Below, in pieces: positions 60,212-64,000 of a stretch of DNA of 64,000 nt. The notes beneath the pieces were generated by a model. It saw only the letters and a program-made list of their open reading frames with translations. It was not told the DNA's origin and did not search any database. The translations under genes were made by a program, and so were the position numbers. Each line of letters starts with the position of its first letter. Within the stretch, counting starts at the first letter, position 1. Source of the DNA: an uncultured Nitrospiraceae bacterium (GTDB lineage Bacteria; Nitrospirota; Thermodesulfovibrionia; Thermodesulfovibrionales; UBA6898); NCBI GenBank assembly GCA_963811165.1, contig CAWEQH010000010.1, positions 128,001-192,000 of the forward strand. The letters are read 5' to 3'.

Positions 60212-60340
60212 TAACCCCTCCCTGCCTCCCCTTATCAGGGGAGGATCCGCTCCTTCCCCCTTGATAAGGGGGGATAGAGGGGGGTTGGTTTCCCGACCTC
60301 CCTACCGGACAGGTCGGCGCACTTCGCTTGCGGGAATGAC
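60212..60340. repeat. composite REP-like palindromes
   Basis: Hairpins CCTCCCCTTATCAGGGGAGG and CCCCCTTGATAAGGGGG inside AACCCC...GGGGTT, then TTCCCGAC...CTTGCGGGAATGAC. Confidence 0.75.
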
Positions 60341-60374
60341 GGCTTCTACACCTTCAGGTAATATTGAACAGACT

Positions 60375-61385
60375 CTATTTCGACACGTCATTGAGCGCCT
60401 TAAGTATGTTTTGTTCCGTGATGTCCTTCGAGCCGACCAACTGGATCCTCTTTTTCGTCTTTGTGTTATTCACCACGACTATCGGGGTGGATTTGACCCC
60501 GAACGCCTTGGCCGTCTCATCGAAGTACTGTGATCCCTTTGTCATTGCCAGGAAGGGCAGCGGTCTGTAGGTTACGCCAAGAGGAGCTATTGTTTTCTGC
60601 ACCTCTTCGGGTCCGGGCTCCTTTGACGTGAGGGAGAGAGCTACAAGCGCCTTCCTCAACGCCAGATATTTGCCCTTTTCATTGAGGAGAAAGGAAAGGT
60701 TATAAGGCATGTAGTTAAAAGATTCGGCGTGGATGGGCACGTCGATAAAGATGATTTTTGCCTTCTTAATTGTTGCGGAGACGGCCTTTTCGATCTCCGG
60801 CTCCGCCTTGCGGCAGTGAGGACAGAACCAATCCGTGAAGATATATAACTCCTGGGCGCTGCTTTCATTTCCCAGGAAAAAATTCATGGCCTTATCCTGG
60901 GCCTCGCTCTTGTGCGCGCCCTTAAAGGCTATCAAAAAGCCTGCGATTACCACTAAAACGATCAGCGATACCTTCTTAAAAAAAATCATAGTTATGTCAC
61001 TCCTGTCTTTTGAGATCGATAAAGCATCTTTTGCTTCGGCATAATATGCCAGGAGCGCCAGCAGATAGACCGCTGCCGCAACCCCGACGCATAACGGACA
61101 CCATTCTTTTATCACATATTTCTGGATCCAGAGGAATGCGATCTCCGCGCCGACTGCGGCCGAGATCATTATAACAAAAAAGGTTGAGAATACCCTGCGG
61201 GTGCGTCCGATTTCGAACGAGGCCCACGCGGCCGGGAAAAAAACAATTCCAAAAAAAGTAAAGGGAAGCCCCAGCAGGACGTACCTGTGTGTTTCTGCGC
61301 ATGCCGAGGTCCCGCACATATCCAGCAGCGAGGCCAGAGAGAGAACGAGCCCCGCAAGAAGGGCGGCTCTTGTGAGATAACGCAT
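60375..61385 (-). CDS. VKOR-like membrane domain fused to a DsbA/thioredoxin domain
   Basis: CGTSAC loop Cys pair, WCPLC in a TM region, soluble WFCPHC and cis-Pro STP. Confidence 0.85.
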   Translation of the reverse strand: MRYLTRAALLAGLVLSLASLLDMCGTSACAETHRYVLLGLPFTFFGIVFFPAAWASFEIGRTRRVFSTFFVIMISAAVGAEIAFLWIQKYVIKEWCPLCVGVAAAVYLLALLAYYAEAKDALSISKDRSDITMIFFKKVSLIVLVVIAGFLIAFKGAHKSEAQDKAMNFFLGNESSAQELYIFTDWFCPHCRKAEPEIEKAVSATIKKAKIIFIDVPIHAESFNYMPYNLSFLLNEKGKYLALRKALVALSLTSKEPGPEEVQKTIAPLGVTYRPLPFLAMTKGSQYFDETAKAFGVKSTPIVVVNNTKTKKRIQLVGSKDITEQNILKALNDVSK

Positions 61386-61605
61386 TTTCAATTCTGTTTT
61401 CTTCTCCCTCTTTTTCCACTGTCCGCTCAGTAAATGCCGTATTTATAATTTTAACATATATATCTTCCTCAGACCATTGAGACGCTAATCATGAGGAACA
61501 ATTCAGCCCTGGGCAGTTCTTTGCTAAGACGATAACCCGGCTTCCCTGGTAATGGTATTGTCGTCAGAGAGATTATTGTCAGGTATTTTATAGTACAATA
61601 CCCCT

Positions 61606-62928
61606 ATGTCAAAACCTGTAGTCGTAATAGTAGGCAGACCAAATGTGGGGAAATCCACTCTTTTTAACCGTATGACCGGGACGCATTCCGCGATAGTGGA
61701 GGACATCCCGGGCGTAACGAGGGACAGGAACTACCTCGACGCAAAATGGGAAGAGAAGGTTTTCATGGTGGTCGATACCGGCGGCTTTTATCCGGACCCC
61801 CCTGAAGACATTTTCGCCCAGGCCAAGGAGCAGGCGATCTTTGCGGTAGAGGAAGGGGACATCATAATCCATCTCCTCGACGGAAAAGACGGGCTGACGC
61901 CTGCCGATATGGAACTTGCACGGCTCCTTCGCGCCTCCGGAAAAAAGATACTCTGGGCTGCAAACAAGATAGACGCCCCCACGAAGGAAGACAGGCTTTA
62001 TGATTTCTTCAGGATAGGAACGGAGGAACTCTGGCCGGTCTCGGCCGCAACGGGACACGGGTACGAGGAATTCATGGACAGGCTCGCCCAGTTGCTTCCT
62101 GAGTATCAGGAAGAAGTCATCGAACATACCAAGATCGCGGTGGTGGGAAGACCGAACGTCGGGAAGTCCACACTTGTGAACGCTCTTTTGGGAAAGAAGA
62201 GGATGCTCGTCAGCCCGGTGGCGGGAACGACGAGGGACTCCATAGACAGCATATGTACGTATCACGCAAAGAAGTATCTGGTGATCGATACTGCGGGGTT
62301 ACGGAAGAAGGGCAGGGTGGGTTATTCGATAGAGAGGTTTGCGCTGGTCAGGGCCGTCAGGAGCATAGAGAGATGCGATGTCGCGCTCATAGTCCTCGAC
62401 GCTTCCGAGGGGGTCACGGAGCAGGACGTAAAGATCGCGGGTATTGTAAAGGAATACGGGAAGGGCGCGATTTTCCTCCTGAACAAATGGGACCTTATCG
62501 AAGGGGCGGAAGAAGTTTTCAAAGAGATCATTCCCGAACTTACAAGAAAGATGTGGTTTTCGCCCTATGCCCCGGTAATTACTATCTCAGGCTTGGTCAG
62601 GAAGCGGATCACGAAGGTTTTTCCGGTCATCGACCGCATCATTGACGAAAGGAACAAGCGCATACCGACCGGCGAACTGAACAGGTTTTTCGGGGACTTT
62701 GTCGGGAAGATGAATCTTCCTATGTATCGCGGAAAGGCGGTAAAACTGTATTACATGACACAGGTGAGGGAAGAGCCGCCGGGTTTCGTGATTTTCTGTA
62801 ATTATCCTGAGGCGGTCAAAGAGCAGCAGCTTCGCTTTATAGAGAAGGGGCTGAGGGACAATTTTTCATTCGAGGGAACACCGTTGAAGATCTACATCAG
62901 GCCGCGGAAAAAAAACACAGCGCCGTGA
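61606..62928 (+). CDS. der: ribosome biogenesis GTPase Der (EngA)
   Basis: Two GRPNVGKS G-domains, DTGG/DTAG, NKID/NKWD, KH-like C-terminus. Confidence 0.98.
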   Translation: MSKPVVVIVGRPNVGKSTLFNRMTGTHSAIVEDIPGVTRDRNYLDAKWEEKVFMVVDTGGFYPDPPEDIFAQAKEQAIFAVEEGDIIIHLLDGKDGLTPADMELARLLRASGKKILWAANKIDAPTKEDRLYDFFRIGTEELWPVSAATGHGYEEFMDRLAQLLPEYQEEVIEHTKIAVVGRPNVGKSTLVNALLGKKRMLVSPVAGTTRDSIDSICTYHAKKYLVIDTAGLRKKGRVGYSIERFALVRAVRSIERCDVALIVLDASEGVTEQDVKIAGIVKEYGKGAIFLLNKWDLIEGAEEVFKEIIPELTRKMWFSPYAPVITISGLVRKRITKVFPVIDRIIDERNKRIPTGELNRFFGDFVGKMNLPMYRGKAVKLYYMTQVREEPPGFVIFCNYPEAVKEQQLRFIEKGLRDNFSFEGTPLKIYIRPRKKNTAP

Positions 62929-63746
62929 GGTTCCTGAGGGTGCTTGGCAAAAGCGCTGTCGACTTTTACAGGGATGGAGGGCTGATGCTGGCAGGCTCGT
63001 TGTCCTATTTTATCGTAACTGCCCTTGTCCCGTTCTGCATGTTCCTGATGACCATTCTGGGGTATCTCCTGGGACATTATCCGCAATTCTACGCATTTGT
63101 CGTGGGCAGGCTGACAAACCTTTTCCCCTCGGTCACCGCGGGCATAACGCAGGAGATTGTCAAGCTTATCTCCTATAAAGGGATTGGGAAGATAGGCATT
63201 CTTCTTTACGGCTTTTTGTCCTACCAGGTCTTTGCATCGATCGAGAATTCCCTGAATGTCGTGTTTAAGGTCAAGCAAAAGAGAAATATCGCCTGTTCGG
63301 TCCTTATCTCGCTTATGGTGGTGACGAGTATCATCGTGCTTCTCATCTTTTCTTTCGGCGCTGCATCCGCGATACCCCTCCTCAATATACTCAAACCTTA
63401 TCTTCCTGATCTGAAGATAGGCAGGGTTACGGCCTTTATCATACGGTTCGTGCTGCCCTTTGTCCTTGTCATGTTGACGGTCACGCTCGTGTACAAACTC
63501 CTTCCCAGGGCGAAGGTCAGGTTGTCGGATGCGGTACGGGGGGGCTTCTTTACTGCCCTTTTTCTCGAACTGGCGAAGTACCTTTTTACATGGTACGTGG
63601 TGTCGATAATCCACCTCGGAAAGATTTACGGCCCTATGACGGCGTTCATCTTGTTTCTGCTTTGGATGTTTTATTCTTCCTGCATCTTTTTGATAGGCGC
63701 GGAGATGGTCCATAACCTGGGCCGGCCGAATACAAAAAAAACTTAG
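62925..63746 (+). CDS. YihY/virulence factor BrkB family membrane protein
   Basis: AGSLSYF, YKLLP, IYG....ILFLLWMFY...LIGAE. Confidence 0.92.
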   Translation: MRFLRVLGKSAVDFYRDGGLMLAGSLSYFIVTALVPFCMFLMTILGYLLGHYPQFYAFVVGRLTNLFPSVTAGITQEIVKLISYKGIGKIGILLYGFLSYQVFASIENSLNVVFKVKQKRNIACSVLISLMVVTSIIVLLIFSFGAASAIPLLNILKPYLPDLKIGRVTAFIIRFVLPFVLVMLTVTLVYKLLPRAKVRLSDAVRGGFFTALFLELAKYLFTWYVVSIIHLGKIYGPMTAFILFLLWMFYSSCIFLIGAEMVHNLGRPNTKKT

Positions 63747-63753
63747 GAGGAAT

Positions 63754-63918
63754 ATGGTAGATCTGATCGGCAAGGTTGTTGAAGTGGTCACTCCTGAGAC
63801 TTCATATTTCGGGAGGCTGGTCGAGGTCAACGAAGAGGAGGTATACCTTGAGACCGACTCCGGCTGGGTCGTCGTCCCCATCGATAAGATCGCGTATATA
63901 CGGGAGCCGGAGGATTAG
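63754..63918 (+). CDS. small Sm-like-fold hypothetical protein (54 aa, below the ORF track cut-off)
   Basis: RBS AGGAGG; MVDLIGKVVEVVTPETSYFGRLVEVNEEEVYLETDSGWVVVPIDKIAYIREPED. Confidence 0.75.
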   Translation: MVDLIGKVVEVVTPETSYFGRLVEVNEEEVYLETDSGWVVVPIDKIAYIREPED

Positions 63919-64000
63919 GCTTTTCTTTTTCTCTCATTAAAGGTGACATTGAGGCGGGGCGCCTGGTATATTCAATGGTCGCAGAGATTAACGGCTGAAA

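Overview
Anonymous bacterial window whose gene content and order suggest an anaerobic Nitrospirota/Thermodesulfovibrionia-like organism (inference only). Most of it is housekeeping: gcvH-lpdA, eno-ftsB, a GH57 hydrolase, rlmI, folP, ftsH, rph-murI, rluB-aspS, zwf, rluD, folK, dapL, livHMGF and der. Accessory parts include an exosortase pair, an ArsR-TolC-MFP-RND efflux operon, an AT-richer signalling block (orphan solute-binding protein, two hybrid kinases, diguanylate cyclase) and a TIGR04282/TIGR04283-type transferase pair. Four things stand out. (1) A complete 1.59-kb IS110-family (IS1111-type) element at 58611-60204 with 16-bp subterminal inverted repeats and a duplicated CT core. It sits in a REP-like palindrome, and its 3' non-coding region folds into a ~205-nt RNA whose loops match its own target and donor junction (bridge/seek-RNA type). 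(2) A secreted beta-propeller with His or Cys at the same position of six blades plus one CxxCH, followed by a Cys-Cys-motif ABC system and a TPR lipoprotein, a candidate uncharacterised metalloenzyme locus. (3) A probable small selenoprotein (Zn-ribbon, in-frame UGA plus SECIS-like hairpin). (4) A two-copy MITE, one copy with a 9-bp target duplication. Three genes are broken by clustered single-base indels that look like long-read consensus errors.
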